Shown piece by piece: positions 51,141 through 60,397 of a DNA stretch of 64,000 nt. The DNA is from Patescibacteria group bacterium. GTDB taxonomy: Bacteria; Patescibacteriota; Patescibacteriia; Patescibacteriales; UBA12465. The stretch is taken from positions 26,848-90,847 of the forward strand of contig JBAZJR010000004.1 of the NCBI GenBank assembly GCA_041651195.1, read 5' to 3'. The stretch's first letter is position 1; every line of letters begins with the position of its first letter. The position numbers and the translations under genes are program-made. Below the pieces are notes generated by a model. The model had not been told where the DNA came from. It made no database searches and worked only from the letters and a program-made list of their open reading frames with translations.

Positions 51141-52670
51141 ATGCCCATGATCCTTAAACGAAGCAAATCCCTAGTCTTTTTAATCGGATTTTTTTCTTTT
51201 ATCGTCCCGTTCGCGGCTGGCGCGGCCGTGTCTGAATTGGAGATAAATTATGACCCGGCCGCCTTTACGGCGCCGGCGACTTTATCGGTCGCGACCAGCT
51301 CGCCGGAGAGCATGGCCGCTAGCTTGCCGTGGGAATGGCAAGCTCTGACCACGATTTACGAATATTCTTTCGCGACGAACGGCTTTTATGATCCGAGCCG
51401 GCCATTGCAGATCAAGATTTCTTATCCCGACGCGGATAAATATTATAAGCAGATTTTTATCTATGATGCTTGGAGCAAGGTCTGGCGGCCGATTCCGACC
51501 GCTGACGAGCCTGAGACGGGCTATGTCACCGCGACTACTGACTCGACCGCGGGCCGCTTGATTCTTTTGAGCAATCCAGACCTGATGACAGTCGGCTCGG
51601 CCAGCTGGTACGCTTTTAAGAACGGGCTCTTCGCCGCTTCACCGGATTTCGCCAAAGGCTCTGTTTTACGGGTCCATAACTTGGCTAACGGAAAATCAGT
51701 AGACGTAACCGTCAATGATTGGGGGCCGGATCGCGGCCTGCATCCAGATCGCGTCATCGATCTTGATAAAGTCGCTTTCAGCCGGATCGCTTCTCCGGCG
51801 GCAGGCTTGATTTCCGTCAAAGTGGAGCCCTTGAAGATCGTTGTTCCGGAATCTAAAAAAGCGGTGCCGCAGTCGACCGGCGAATTGACGCTGACCGCCT
51901 CTTCCGCCGTCTTGGTTTGGGAGAAGAACGGGCAAGTGCTCTGGGGCAAGGATGAAGAAAAAGTATCCCCTTTGGCTAGCTTGACTAAATTAGTCGCCGC
52001 TAAGATATTTATGGAGACTAAGCCGGATCTGAAGAAAGTCGTCAGCTATAAGAAGGCGGACGAAGAATATAATAATAAGTATTGCCCGCCCGGCGAATCC
52101 GCCCGCCTGAGAGTGAAAGACGGAGAGACTATGACTATAGAAGACCTGCTTTATAGCGCCTTGGTCGGCTCAGCCAACAACGCGGTAGAAAGCTTGGTCC
52201 GAGTCAGCGGCTTGAACCGCGCGGCTTTCATCGCGCGGATGAACGAGGCGGTCAAGAAATGGGGCGCTTCTTCAACCCGCTTCATAGAACCATCCGGCTT
52301 ATCTCCGGACAATGTGAGTTCTCCTTTGGATTATGCTATAATAACTAAAGAAGTATTTACTGATGCTCTCTTGAAAAAGATCAGTACGACCCAGCGCTAT
52401 ACTTTTAAGACCCGGAATACTAAAAAAGCGCATACGTTGACCAACACCAATCAGTTATTGAAGACCAATACTTATCCGATCATCGGTTCCAAGACCGGTT
52501 ATCTGGATGAAGCGGGTTATTGCCTGATGACGCGGGTGGCGACGGCGCAAGGCAACCTAATCGCGATCAATTTCGGGTCCACTAGCAAGGCTAATAATTT
52601 TTTGGATAATGAGCAGATCATCCGTTTCGGCCAGCGCCTCCTCCAGAATCTGCTCGCTAAGGATAAATAG
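51141..52670 (+). CDS. Fusion of an RlpA-like double-psi beta-barrel domain and an S11 (PBP5-type) D-alanyl-D-alanine carboxypeptidase
   Basis: It has a signal peptide and a DPBB region (GSASWYAF..LRVHNLANGKSVDVTVNDWGP..VIDLDKVAF). The S11 motifs are SLTK (SxxK), SAN (SxN) and SKTG (KTG). The ATG at 51141 is used because the track's upstream extension overlaps the tRNAs. Confidence 0.85.
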   Translation: MPMILKRSKSLVFLIGFFSFIVPFAAGAAVSELEINYDPAAFTAPATLSVATSSPESMAASLPWEWQALTTIYEYSFATNGFYDPSRPLQIKISYPDADKYYKQIFIYDAWSKVWRPIPTADEPETGYVTATTDSTAGRLILLSNPDLMTVGSASWYAFKNGLFAASPDFAKGSVLRVHNLANGKSVDVTVNDWGPDRGLHPDRVIDLDKVAFSRIASPAAGLISVKVEPLKIVVPESKKAVPQSTGELTLTASSAVLVWEKNGQVLWGKDEEKVSPLASLTKLVAAKIFMETKPDLKKVVSYKKADEEYNNKYCPPGESARLRVKDGETMTIEDLLYSALVGSANNAVESLVRVSGLNRAAFIARMNEAVKKWGASSTRFIEPSGLSPDNVSSPLDYAIITKEVFTDALLKKISTTQRYTFKTRNTKKAHTLTNTNQLLKTNTYPIIGSKTGYLDEAGYCLMTRVATAQGNLIAINFGSTSKANNFLDNEQIIRFGQRLLQNLLAKDK

Positions 52671-52690
52671 GCCATAAAATATTTAAGCTT

Positions 52691-53371
52691 ATGATCAGAC
52701 TGGAAAACGTTTCCAAATCCTATATCAATAAGATAAAAGTCTTAAGGAATGTCAGCCTGGCCGTCGAGCCGGGCGAATTTGTTTCCATCGTCGGCCAGAG
52801 CGGCGCCGGCAAGACGACTGTCGTCCGTCTCCTGATCGGCGAAGAGCGGGCTGATTCCGGCAAAGTAGTCGTCGGCGACTGGGATATTACGAAGATCAAT
52901 CGGCGGGAAGTGCCTTTCTTACGCCGGCAGATTGGCGTAATCTTCCAGGATTTTAAATTATTGCCGAAGAAGACTCTAGAAGAGAATGTCGCCTTCGCTT
53001 TGCAGGTGTCTGGCGGCCGCCCCGCTAAGATCAAGAAGATCGTGCCGAGCGTCATGAAGATCGTCGGCTTAGCTGATAAGAAAGACCGTTATCCGAGCGA
53101 AGTGTCGGGCGGCGAGCAGCAGCGGGCAGCGATCGCCCGCGCCCTGGTCCATCAGCCGAAGATCCTCTTAGCAGATGAGCCGACCGGCAACCTGGACGCC
53201 ATCAACGCCAATGAGATCATCGACCTTTTGTTGCGCATCAATAAATTTGGCACGACGGTCATCTTAGTGACTCATAATAAAGATATCGTCAATCGCTTGA
53301 ATAAGCGGGTGATCGCCATGGAGCACGGCCAGGTCATCAGCGACCAGGAGCACGGGAAATATTTACTTTAG
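52691..53371 (+). CDS. ftsE: Cell division ATP-binding protein FtsE
   Basis: It has Walker A GQSGAGKTT, ABC signature VSGGEQQR and Walker B ILLADEPT, and sits upstream of ftsX. Confidence 0.95.
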   Translation: MIRLENVSKSYINKIKVLRNVSLAVEPGEFVSIVGQSGAGKTTVVRLLIGEERADSGKVVVGDWDITKINRREVPFLRRQIGVIFQDFKLLPKKTLEENVAFALQVSGGRPAKIKKIVPSVMKIVGLADKKDRYPSEVSGGEQQRAAIARALVHQPKILLADEPTGNLDAINANEIIDLLLRINKFGTTVILVTHNKDIVNRLNKRVIAMEHGQVISDQEHGKYLL

Positions 53372-53382
53372 AGCGAAAAATT

Positions 53383-54291
53383 ATGTTATCCCTCTATCGC
53401 ATCATAAAATTCAGTTTCCAAGACATCGTCCGCAATATTTGGCTGACTATCGTGACGGTCACGATCCTGCTTTTAGCCCTATTTTCCATCAATACCCTGG
53501 TGACGGTCCGCCTGATCAGCGATAACGCCGTCACGGCGATCAAAGAGAAGATCGATATCAGCCTTTATCTAAAGCCGGATACGGCGGAGACCGAAATTTT
53601 GGCCTTGAAGGACAAAGTGGCTGCTTTGCCGCAAGTCAAGAATGTCCTTTATGTCTCTAAGCAGAACGCAATCGATTCTTTCCGCCAGAAATACCAGAAT
53701 GATCCGGCGATCCTGGCCGCCCTAAAAGAATTAGGGCGCAATCCGCTTTCGCCGAGCCTGACTATCATCCCGAAAGATTTTGATGAGACCGAACTGGTCA
53801 TCAATAATTTGCGGACCATCGATAGCCCGATCATCGAATCGCGAGATTTTTCTGATAATTCCGTCATCTTGAGTAAGATTACGAGCATCACCAAGCGGGT
53901 TAATCAGGTCGGCCTGTTCATCATTTCCATCTTTATCCTGATCAGCCTGCTCGTGGTCTATAACGCGATCCGGGTCGCGATCTATACCCACCGCCAGGAG
54001 ATAGAGATCATGCGCCTGGTCGGCGCCTCCAATTTCTTCATTTACATGCCGTTCATATTTTCCGCCCTGGTTTACGCTTTATTTAGCGTGCTCATCATCA
54101 TTTCTGTCTTTTACCCCTTCCTGTCACTGCTCCAGCCCTATCTAGAAGCTTTCTTCACGGGCTATAATATCAATATTATCGCTTATTTTGTCGATAATTT
54201 CCTTTTGATCTTCGGAGCGCAATTCGGCGTAATCTTATTGATCAATATCTTAGCCAGCCTGTTTGCCGTCCGGAAATACGCGCGCATCTAA
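53383..54291 (+). CDS. ftsX: Cell division permease-like protein FtsX
   Basis: It has TM1, an extracytoplasmic domain and three C-terminal TMs (EIEIMRLVGASNFFI). Confidence 0.9.
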   Translation: MLSLYRIIKFSFQDIVRNIWLTIVTVTILLLALFSINTLVTVRLISDNAVTAIKEKIDISLYLKPDTAETEILALKDKVAALPQVKNVLYVSKQNAIDSFRQKYQNDPAILAALKELGRNPLSPSLTIIPKDFDETELVINNLRTIDSPIIESRDFSDNSVILSKITSITKRVNQVGLFIISIFILISLLVVYNAIRVAIYTHRQEIEIMRLVGASNFFIYMPFIFSALVYALFSVLIIISVFYPFLSLLQPYLEAFFTGYNINIIAYFVDNFLLIFGAQFGVILLINILASLFAVRKYARI

Positions 54292-54305
54292 GTTGCGCCG
54301 CTTGG

Positions 54306-54334
54306 TTGACAGTTTGGCTGATTTTTAATAATAT
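54306..54334 (+). promoter_or_regulatory. Candidate promoter for tRNA-Gln
   Basis: TTGACA (54306-54311), a 17-nt spacer and TAATAT (54329-54334) lie about 35 nt upstream of the tRNA 5' end. Confidence 0.45.
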
Positions 54335-54368
54335 CCTTGTGGCGAGGGTATTTTATTATCACTCCTAT

Positions 54369-54439
54369 TGCGGGATCGTCTAATGGTAGGACAGCGGCCT
54401 TTGAAGCCGTTTATCTTGGTTCGAATCCAAGTCCCGCAG
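54369..54439 (+). tRNA. tRNA-Gln (anticodon TTG)
   Basis: A hand-folded cloverleaf gives acceptor TGCGGGA/TCCCGCA (U1-A72), D arm GTCT-AATGGTA-GGAC, anticodon arm GCGGC-CTTTGAA-GCCGT and T arm CTTGG-TTCGAAT-CCAAG. No CCA is encoded. Confidence 0.9.
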
Positions 54440-54446
54440 CTTTATA

Positions 54447-54470
54447 AAATCGCCTTTTTAGGCGATTTTT
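54447..54470 (+). terminator. Intrinsic terminator after tRNA-Gln
   Basis: The sequence is AAATCGCCT-TTTT-AGGCGATTTTT. Confidence 0.7.
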
Positions 54471-54489
54471 GCTATAATTAATGTAATAT

Positions 54490-55017
54490 ATGAAACTATA
54501 TAGATTCAGTCCGATTGAGGATAAAGAGCGGTTATTTGAAGCTATAAGATACATTCACTTCGCTTCTTTTGGATTATGTAAAAAAATATTAGGCAAATAT
54601 CTCCCTGTTGCCGGAAATATCGGAGTATTCTGCCATTATGACGATGAATATAGATTTTTGACTAAATTACGAGAAGACCTGACCGAAGAAGCGGATAATT
54701 GGAATAAAAAATATTACCGCCTCCATGAGCCGATTGTGGTGCCTGGCCGGGGCAATATTCCGGGAGCAGTTTATACCTATCTTTACATCCGTCAGCCGGA
54801 TCAGCACGAGGAGGTCGGCGATGTTGATTTCGTTCTAAGCGCCGCGGAATTTAAGAGATTGAAAGAGTCGTTGCTGAAGGGCTCGGCGATTGAAGGCCTA
54901 GAGATATTTGATCGTCCCGATCTGGACTTGATCAGGCTATCTGACCCGGATATCGACGTCCTCTCCTTTATCGGCATGAAAGATATGGCGGAGAACGTAA
55001 AGATAAACATAGATTGA
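54490..55017 (+). CDS. Hypothetical protein (no recognisable family)
   Basis: This is a 175-aa ORF. TGcTATAAT (54470-54478) lies 11 nt upstream of its ATG. Confidence 0.6.
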   Translation: MKLYRFSPIEDKERLFEAIRYIHFASFGLCKKILGKYLPVAGNIGVFCHYDDEYRFLTKLREDLTEEADNWNKKYYRLHEPIVVPGRGNIPGAVYTYLYIRQPDQHEEVGDVDFVLSAAEFKRLKESLLKGSAIEGLEIFDRPDLDLIRLSDPDIDVLSFIGMKDMAENVKINID

Positions 55018-55067
55018 AAGCGCCAGTTAATATTTAGATGATCAGAGGATATTAAGCATCGTAGCGT

Positions 55068-55508
55068 ATGGAGAAAATCTCATTACAAAAAGCGACTTTG
55101 CATGATTTAGACAAAGTGGCGGCCTTGGAGAAAGAAGCGGATTCTAAAACTTATTCCGCGCTAACCGTTCGGTCGGAATTACAAGATTTTATTAAGAATG
55201 AGTCAGTCTATCTGATCAAGAGACAGGATCTAGTCGTCGGTTTGGTCGCTTATAAAGTTTTAAAGGGCAATATCGCCCATTTCGACGGTTTAATCGTCCG
55301 GCCGAAGCTGAGACGCCAGAACATTGCCACCCAGGCGATGGCTCGGCTCTTGAAAGGCATGGCTAAATATGCCCGGATCGAATTAGGAGTACATCCGCAT
55401 AATAATCCCGCCCTATGCTTATACTTGAAACTCGGTTTCATTATCCAATCTTGGCGCGATAATTATTTCGGCGACGGGGAGCCGAGATTGATATTAGTAA
55501 AGAAATAA
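55068..55508 (+). CDS. GNAT family N-acetyltransferase
   Basis: It has the typical length and an acetyl-CoA binding segment (GLIVRPKLRRQNIATQAM..LGVHPHNNPALCLYLKLGF). Confidence 0.8.
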   Translation: MEKISLQKATLHDLDKVAALEKEADSKTYSALTVRSELQDFIKNESVYLIKRQDLVVGLVAYKVLKGNIAHFDGLIVRPKLRRQNIATQAMARLLKGMAKYARIELGVHPHNNPALCLYLKLGFIIQSWRDNYFGDGEPRLILVKK

Positions 55509-55539
55509 ATTCCGATGAATAATCGGTTGAGTATAATTT

Positions 55540-56070
55540 ATGAAATGGATCGGCATCAGCGGCGGCTGGCGGCAAATCAATGAGACAATTGAAAATGATG
55601 TTCGTCAGACGGTAGCGAAAATTATGGAGCGCGGGGACGGCATCGTTTCCGGCGGCGCCTTAAATGTTGATTCGGCCGCCCTCGACGAAGCTTTGAAGCA
55701 TGACGCCTTGGCCCAGCGGATCAAGATATTCCTGCCGACTACTTTAGAAAAATTGTCTGAACATTATCGGAAGCACGCGCGGTTGGGAACGATCACGGCC
55801 GCCCAGGCGGAAAACTTGATCAAGCAGTTGAGCGCATTGCGGCAGATAAATAGTTCGGCCTTGATAGAAAATCCAGATATCAATTTTACCGAGGAAAACA
55901 AAAAAGCCAAATATTATGAAAGAAATGCTAAGGTAGTAGAGGCTTCGGATGAATTGGTGGCCTTCTGTGTCAGGACTCAGGCAAGCGAAGGTTTAGGAAC
56001 GGCGGACACTATCCGCAAAGCAGCAGCAAAGGGGATCCCGATCGATTTGCATTCTTATGATCTTACTTAA
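55540..56070 (+). CDS. SLOG/DprA-like Rossmann-fold protein (function unknown)
   Basis: GIVSGGALNVDSAALDEAL resembles the SGGAxGxD motif of DprA/SLOG proteins. The C-terminal GLGTADTIRKAAAKGIPI resembles the second conserved patch. The assignment is tentative. Confidence 0.5.
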   Translation: MKWIGISGGWRQINETIENDVRQTVAKIMERGDGIVSGGALNVDSAALDEALKHDALAQRIKIFLPTTLEKLSEHYRKHARLGTITAAQAENLIKQLSALRQINSSALIENPDINFTEENKKAKYYERNAKVVEASDELVAFCVRTQASEGLGTADTIRKAAAKGIPIDLHSYDLT

Positions 56071-56130
56071 GCAATTCATATGATCGATATTTGAAGGGAG
56101 CTGATACATTTAATTTTAGAAATTAATTAT

Positions 56131-58518
56131 ATGTCCAAACAAAAAACTATCTTAGCAGTTTTAGGTGGAGTTTTTTTGGTGGTTATCGCCGCCGCCCTGG
56201 TTTATTGGTTCTATTTTTTGCCCCAGACGGGCAAAGATATGAGCCCGGCGGCCGGTCAGCCTAACCGTCCAGCGACAGCCGATCAAGCGACAAACGCGCC
56301 CGCGGCGGCTAATGAACCGAATATCGGTTTTGTCCCGGCCTATCGGGAAGAACGGGTGCCGCTCGATCAAGTCGCTAATTATCAGGCGCTTAAGTCTAAA
56401 TATGGTTTGAATTTTTCGGCCGCCCAGGAGAAGTATTTAGAAGAAAACCGGTTTTTATTGATCGATCATGATCAGGTTCCTTTTCTGACCGCTCTAGCGG
56501 GGCCTAATTTTGACCAATGGCTGAAAGATTCTGATGCTCTCGGCGGCGGCTCTATCTTTGATCGTAAGCCGGAAGATACGGTCCTGGTGACCCCGGATCT
56601 GGTTCTGCACGCCTACCATAAATATTTTGAATTGACTCTAGAAAAATTGGAACAGCATGAGCTGAGCCAGGCCCTGGGCGATTTCCTGTCCGGTTTGCAC
56701 GCTAACCTGGCGGACGCGGCCGCCCAGAATAGCGGCACTATCAAAGAACGCTATCAAAGCCTAGAAGCGCAGATCCTCCTCGCCCGCGTTTTATTCGAAA
56801 ATAAGAATGCGGCCAAGCCGAGCTATTTTTCCAGCCCGGACGAGGAACAAAAATATAATGATCAGGATAAGGATATCGATTCTTTAGCGAATGCCGAGAA
56901 GATTTTAAATAAGTATGCCAAAGATCTACCCGCTGATTTAACGGATAAAATCAGGATTGATCTAGCCGCGATTTATTCGGCCGACGCTATCGGTCAGTCG
57001 CCGCTCTTCAAGCAATACGACGATCAGATCAAGACCGATTATACGCAGTTTACGCCGCGCAGCCATTACGCTAAGAATTCTGTCCTGCGCGCCTATTTCC
57101 GGGCGATGATGTATCTGGGCCGGAGTAGTTATCTGTTAAAAAGTGACCTGGGTATCGCCGATACTAACTTGCTCGTCAAGCAGATGGCGCGGAGTCGTGG
57201 GGAAGCCCCCGCTCCTCTGGAAGCCTGGAAGAAAATCATGGCCGTCACCGGCTTTTATGCCGGCGAGAGCGATGACCTGTCTTATCTGGAATGGCAAAAT
57301 TTTAAGAGGAGCATCTTGGGCGAGGACATCAGCTCTGACGCGGATTTGATCGCACCGGCCAATATCAGTAAATTAGCTCAGAATCTTGATCAGCTTCGTT
57401 TGCCGCAGATATTATCCGATGTGATTGTCGATGAAAATATGGCCGCCCGGACCAAGGCAGATCTGTTGCGCCAGACGCTGGGCTTCCGGATTTTCGGCCA
57501 GAAATTTACTTATGACGCCTGGATTTTAAACAGCCTGACGGCTGGTGAGGAAAAGACAGATGCTAAGCTGCCCTCTACTCCCTCCGCCTTATTTATTCCC
57601 GCGGCCTTCGGCGATGGGCAAGCGCAAAGCCATACGCAACAATTCTTGAATCAGGACACCAAGTTTACGGCCGCTGAAATTACCGGTTTTTTGAGTAAAT
57701 TAGAACAGAAGCGAGCGGATATCGCTAAGGTTAAGAATGAAGATTGGTTCCATTCCATGGGCAGCGCTTGGCTTTATATCTTGGGCTCGTTGACGCATGA
57801 TTATGGCGCGCATTATCCGCTGTATATGCAGACGAGACCATTCTTAGATAAGCAGATTCAGTCCTTCCTCGGTTCTTATGCCGAGCTTAAGCACGATACG
57901 CTACTATACGCGAAACAGAGTTACGCCGAATTAGGCGCGGGCGGCAATGATCGCCCTATCCCACCGGTGGTCAAAGGTTTCGTGGAACCGAACCTGGAGT
58001 TTTGGACGAGATTTAACAATCTGCTCAGCCGGACTGACCAGCTATTTCGGGATAATGACCTCTTCAAAGGTGATGCCGCGGCTGATCGCCTGCATCAATT
58101 CCAGCAGATTTCTGCTTTGTATGCGGGCATCGCCGAGAAAGAGCTGCGCGGCCAGGCCATCAGCGATGATGATTATGAAAGTTTAAGGACAACTAAATTA
58201 TCATTTATGGCCCAGCCATTCGAAGCAGTCGATCCGGATGAGACTTCCGGTCAGACGGCCCTGATCGCCGATATCCATACCGACGCCGTGCGCAGCCAGA
58301 TACTTTACGAAGCGACGGCCAAGCCTTATCTGATGTTAGCGATTGTCGGTAATGAGGGATCGCCGCGCGTGGCCGCGGGACTGGTCTATAATCATTATGA
58401 ATTAACTGATCCGATCGGACGGCGGTTGACCGATGAGGATTGGCGGAAGAGAGTCTATCAAGATAATCACCTCTTGCCCGCCAAGAACTTTTGGTATCAG
58501 TCATTGCTCGTAAAATGA
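56131..58518 (+). CDS. Large N-terminally anchored extracytoplasmic protein, DUF3160-like
   Basis: It has an N-terminal TM. The overall size and segments such as YTQFTPRSHYAKN and YAELKHDTLLYAKQSYAE match my recollection of DUF3160. This has not been verified. Confidence 0.6.
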   Translation: MSKQKTILAVLGGVFLVVIAAALVYWFYFLPQTGKDMSPAAGQPNRPATADQATNAPAAANEPNIGFVPAYREERVPLDQVANYQALKSKYGLNFSAAQEKYLEENRFLLIDHDQVPFLTALAGPNFDQWLKDSDALGGGSIFDRKPEDTVLVTPDLVLHAYHKYFELTLEKLEQHELSQALGDFLSGLHANLADAAAQNSGTIKERYQSLEAQILLARVLFENKNAAKPSYFSSPDEEQKYNDQDKDIDSLANAEKILNKYAKDLPADLTDKIRIDLAAIYSADAIGQSPLFKQYDDQIKTDYTQFTPRSHYAKNSVLRAYFRAMMYLGRSSYLLKSDLGIADTNLLVKQMARSRGEAPAPLEAWKKIMAVTGFYAGESDDLSYLEWQNFKRSILGEDISSDADLIAPANISKLAQNLDQLRLPQILSDVIVDENMAARTKADLLRQTLGFRIFGQKFTYDAWILNSLTAGEEKTDAKLPSTPSALFIPAAFGDGQAQSHTQQFLNQDTKFTAAEITGFLSKLEQKRADIAKVKNEDWFHSMGSAWLYILGSLTHDYGAHYPLYMQTRPFLDKQIQSFLGSYAELKHDTLLYAKQSYAELGAGGNDRPIPPVVKGFVEPNLEFWTRFNNLLSRTDQLFRDNDLFKGDAAADRLHQFQQISALYAGIAEKELRGQAISDDDYESLRTTKLSFMAQPFEAVDPDETSGQTALIADIHTDAVRSQILYEATAKPYLMLAIVGNEGSPRVAAGLVYNHYELTDPIGRRLTDEDWRKRVYQDNHLLPAKNFWYQSLLVK

Positions 58519-60338
58519 AACCAGCGCGGTGGATCTTAATATCAGCCGCCCTGGTTTTGCTTCTTCTGGCCGTTTATTTTATCCGAGGAAATCGGCCGCT
58601 TCAAGATGAGACCCTGACAGCCGGCCCGGATCAGCTAGAGTTATCGGAAAATGTCATGATTATTAGATCGGCTGCCGCGGAACCGATCGGGAAACAGTAT
58701 TCAGACCCCTCTTTATTTCTTTCGCCGATCAAGCAGGCGCCGCAAACTGCGGTTGCCGGAGTTGTGACCGGCTTGATCGTTCCTCATCATCTTTTAGCTA
58801 AGGATTTGGTGGCCCAGGCTTTTGCCGCTGCCGCCCCGGGCCGCTATCGGCGGATCATCTTGATGAGTCCGGATCATTTTGACGCCGGCCGGACCGCGAT
58901 TTCGGTAACCGAGCGTAATTTCTCTACGGTTTTTGGCGAAGTGCAAACGGCGGCAGAAATTTCCCGCCAACTCAAGAAATTATCTTTTGTTAGCGAAGGT
59001 GATTTTTTTTATCGCGAGCATGGCTTGCAAGCGGTATTGCCGTTTATCAAATATTATTTTCCGGCGGCGGAAATAGTCGCCCTGACTTTTAAGCCGACTG
59101 TTTCTCAGGCGGAGCTAGATCAGATAATCGCGATCTTGGCTAAGGAGTTGCCCGCTGATTCCTTGGTTATTCAGAGTACGGATTTTTCCCATTATCTGAC
59201 ACCAGCGCAAGCGGCGGAGCGAGACGCGCAAACTATCGCGGCCTTGTCCGCTGGCGATCCGGCGCGAATGTTAAATCTCAATCAGCCGGACAATATCGAT
59301 TCGCTCGCCGCCCAATATGTCCAAGCGCGCTTGCAGGCCGACCTGTTTGGCGCGCCTCTTAAGGTCTTAGATCATAAGAATTCCCAGGATTATACAACCG
59401 AAGTCGTCACTTCATCCACCAGTTATCTGGCGGCGGCCTATACTCAGCCTGGTATTTTACCGGTGAAAGTTTCGTTGCGCGAGCCAGGCACGGCGGAATT
59501 AATTTTGGTCGGCGATATTATGTTATCGCGCTATATCGGGGAGATGATGGCTCGGCGGCAAGATTATGATTTTCCTTTCGCACTGATCAAACCGTATCTG
59601 GCCGGCGCCGACCTGGTCTTCGGTAATTTAGAGGGGCCGATTTCCGACCAAGGGGTATCAGGCGGCAAAATTTATTCTTTCCGCGCTGATCCGGCGGCGG
59701 CGCGCGGCTTAAAAGAAGCTGGGTTTACGGTCTTGGGGGTGGCGAATAACCACATTTTTGATTATGGGCCAGCCGCTTTTTTAGATACTTTGGATAATCT
59801 AAAAAAGGTCGGGCTAGCTTATGCCGGCGGCGGCCATGATTTTTCTGAGGCGCATCAGGGAGCCACCCAAGAAATCAACGGTATCAAGATCATCTTCTTG
59901 GCCTACACCGACCTTTTGCCGGAGAGTTTAGCCGCCAGTGAGAAGCGGGCCGGTTTTGCTTATTTAGATTTAAAACAGATGGCCGAAGACATCCGAGCGG
60001 CCAAGGAAAAATCGGATCTGGTTATCGTGTCTTTTCATTGGGGGCGGGAATATGAAACCAAGCATAATGCCCGCCAAGCCGCCGTGGCCGAGGCGGCAAT
60101 CGCCGCTGGCGCGTCGCTGATCATCGGACACCATCCGCATGTCGTCCAGGAGGTAGCCGTAAAAGATGGGATTACGGTCGCCTATAGCCTGGGCAATTTT
60201 ATCTTTGATCAGAATTTTTCACCCGAGACAAAAGCGGGTCTGACTCTGAAAGTTTCCATTAAGGAAAAAAAGATAATCAGCGTCGAACCGCAGCCGGTCA
60301 AATTTAATCATTATTTCCAGCCGCAGATAAAAGACTGA
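58515..60338 (+). CDS. Fusion of a MEMO1/AmmeMemoRadiSam-B-like domain and a CapA-type metallophosphatase domain
   Basis: It has an N-terminal TM and a MEMO-like half (GLIVPHHLLA, ILMSPDHF, STDFSHY). The CapA-like half has LILVGDIMLSR, FGNLEGPIS, VANNHIFDYG, SFHWGREY and GHHPHVVQ. The ATG at 58515 overlaps the upstream TGA (ATGA). Confidence 0.8.
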   Translation: MKPARWILISAALVLLLLAVYFIRGNRPLQDETLTAGPDQLELSENVMIIRSAAAEPIGKQYSDPSLFLSPIKQAPQTAVAGVVTGLIVPHHLLAKDLVAQAFAAAAPGRYRRIILMSPDHFDAGRTAISVTERNFSTVFGEVQTAAEISRQLKKLSFVSEGDFFYREHGLQAVLPFIKYYFPAAEIVALTFKPTVSQAELDQIIAILAKELPADSLVIQSTDFSHYLTPAQAAERDAQTIAALSAGDPARMLNLNQPDNIDSLAAQYVQARLQADLFGAPLKVLDHKNSQDYTTEVVTSSTSYLAAAYTQPGILPVKVSLREPGTAELILVGDIMLSRYIGEMMARRQDYDFPFALIKPYLAGADLVFGNLEGPISDQGVSGGKIYSFRADPAAARGLKEAGFTVLGVANNHIFDYGPAAFLDTLDNLKKVGLAYAGGGHDFSEAHQGATQEINGIKIIFLAYTDLLPESLAASEKRAGFAYLDLKQMAEDIRAAKEKSDLVIVSFHWGREYETKHNARQAAVAEAAIAAGASLIIGHHPHVVQEVAVKDGITVAYSLGNFIFDQNFSPETKAGLTLKVSIKEKKIISVEPQPVKFNHYFQPQIKD

Positions 60339-60361
60339 TTAAGCGGATCGCTTGAGTAAAT

Positions 60362-60397
60362 AAAAAAGGAAATCTACTAAAGATTTCCTTTTATTTT
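60362..60397. terminator. Bidirectional intrinsic terminator
   Basis: The sequence is A6-GGAAATCT-ACTAA-AGATTTCC-TTTTATTTTTT, between convergent genes. Confidence 0.7.

Noticed and set aside
54440-56130. An integrative island at tRNA-Gln with an att direct repeat.
   Set aside because: I could not find a downstream copy of the tRNA 3' end, and there is no integrase. It is kept only as a low-interest finding.
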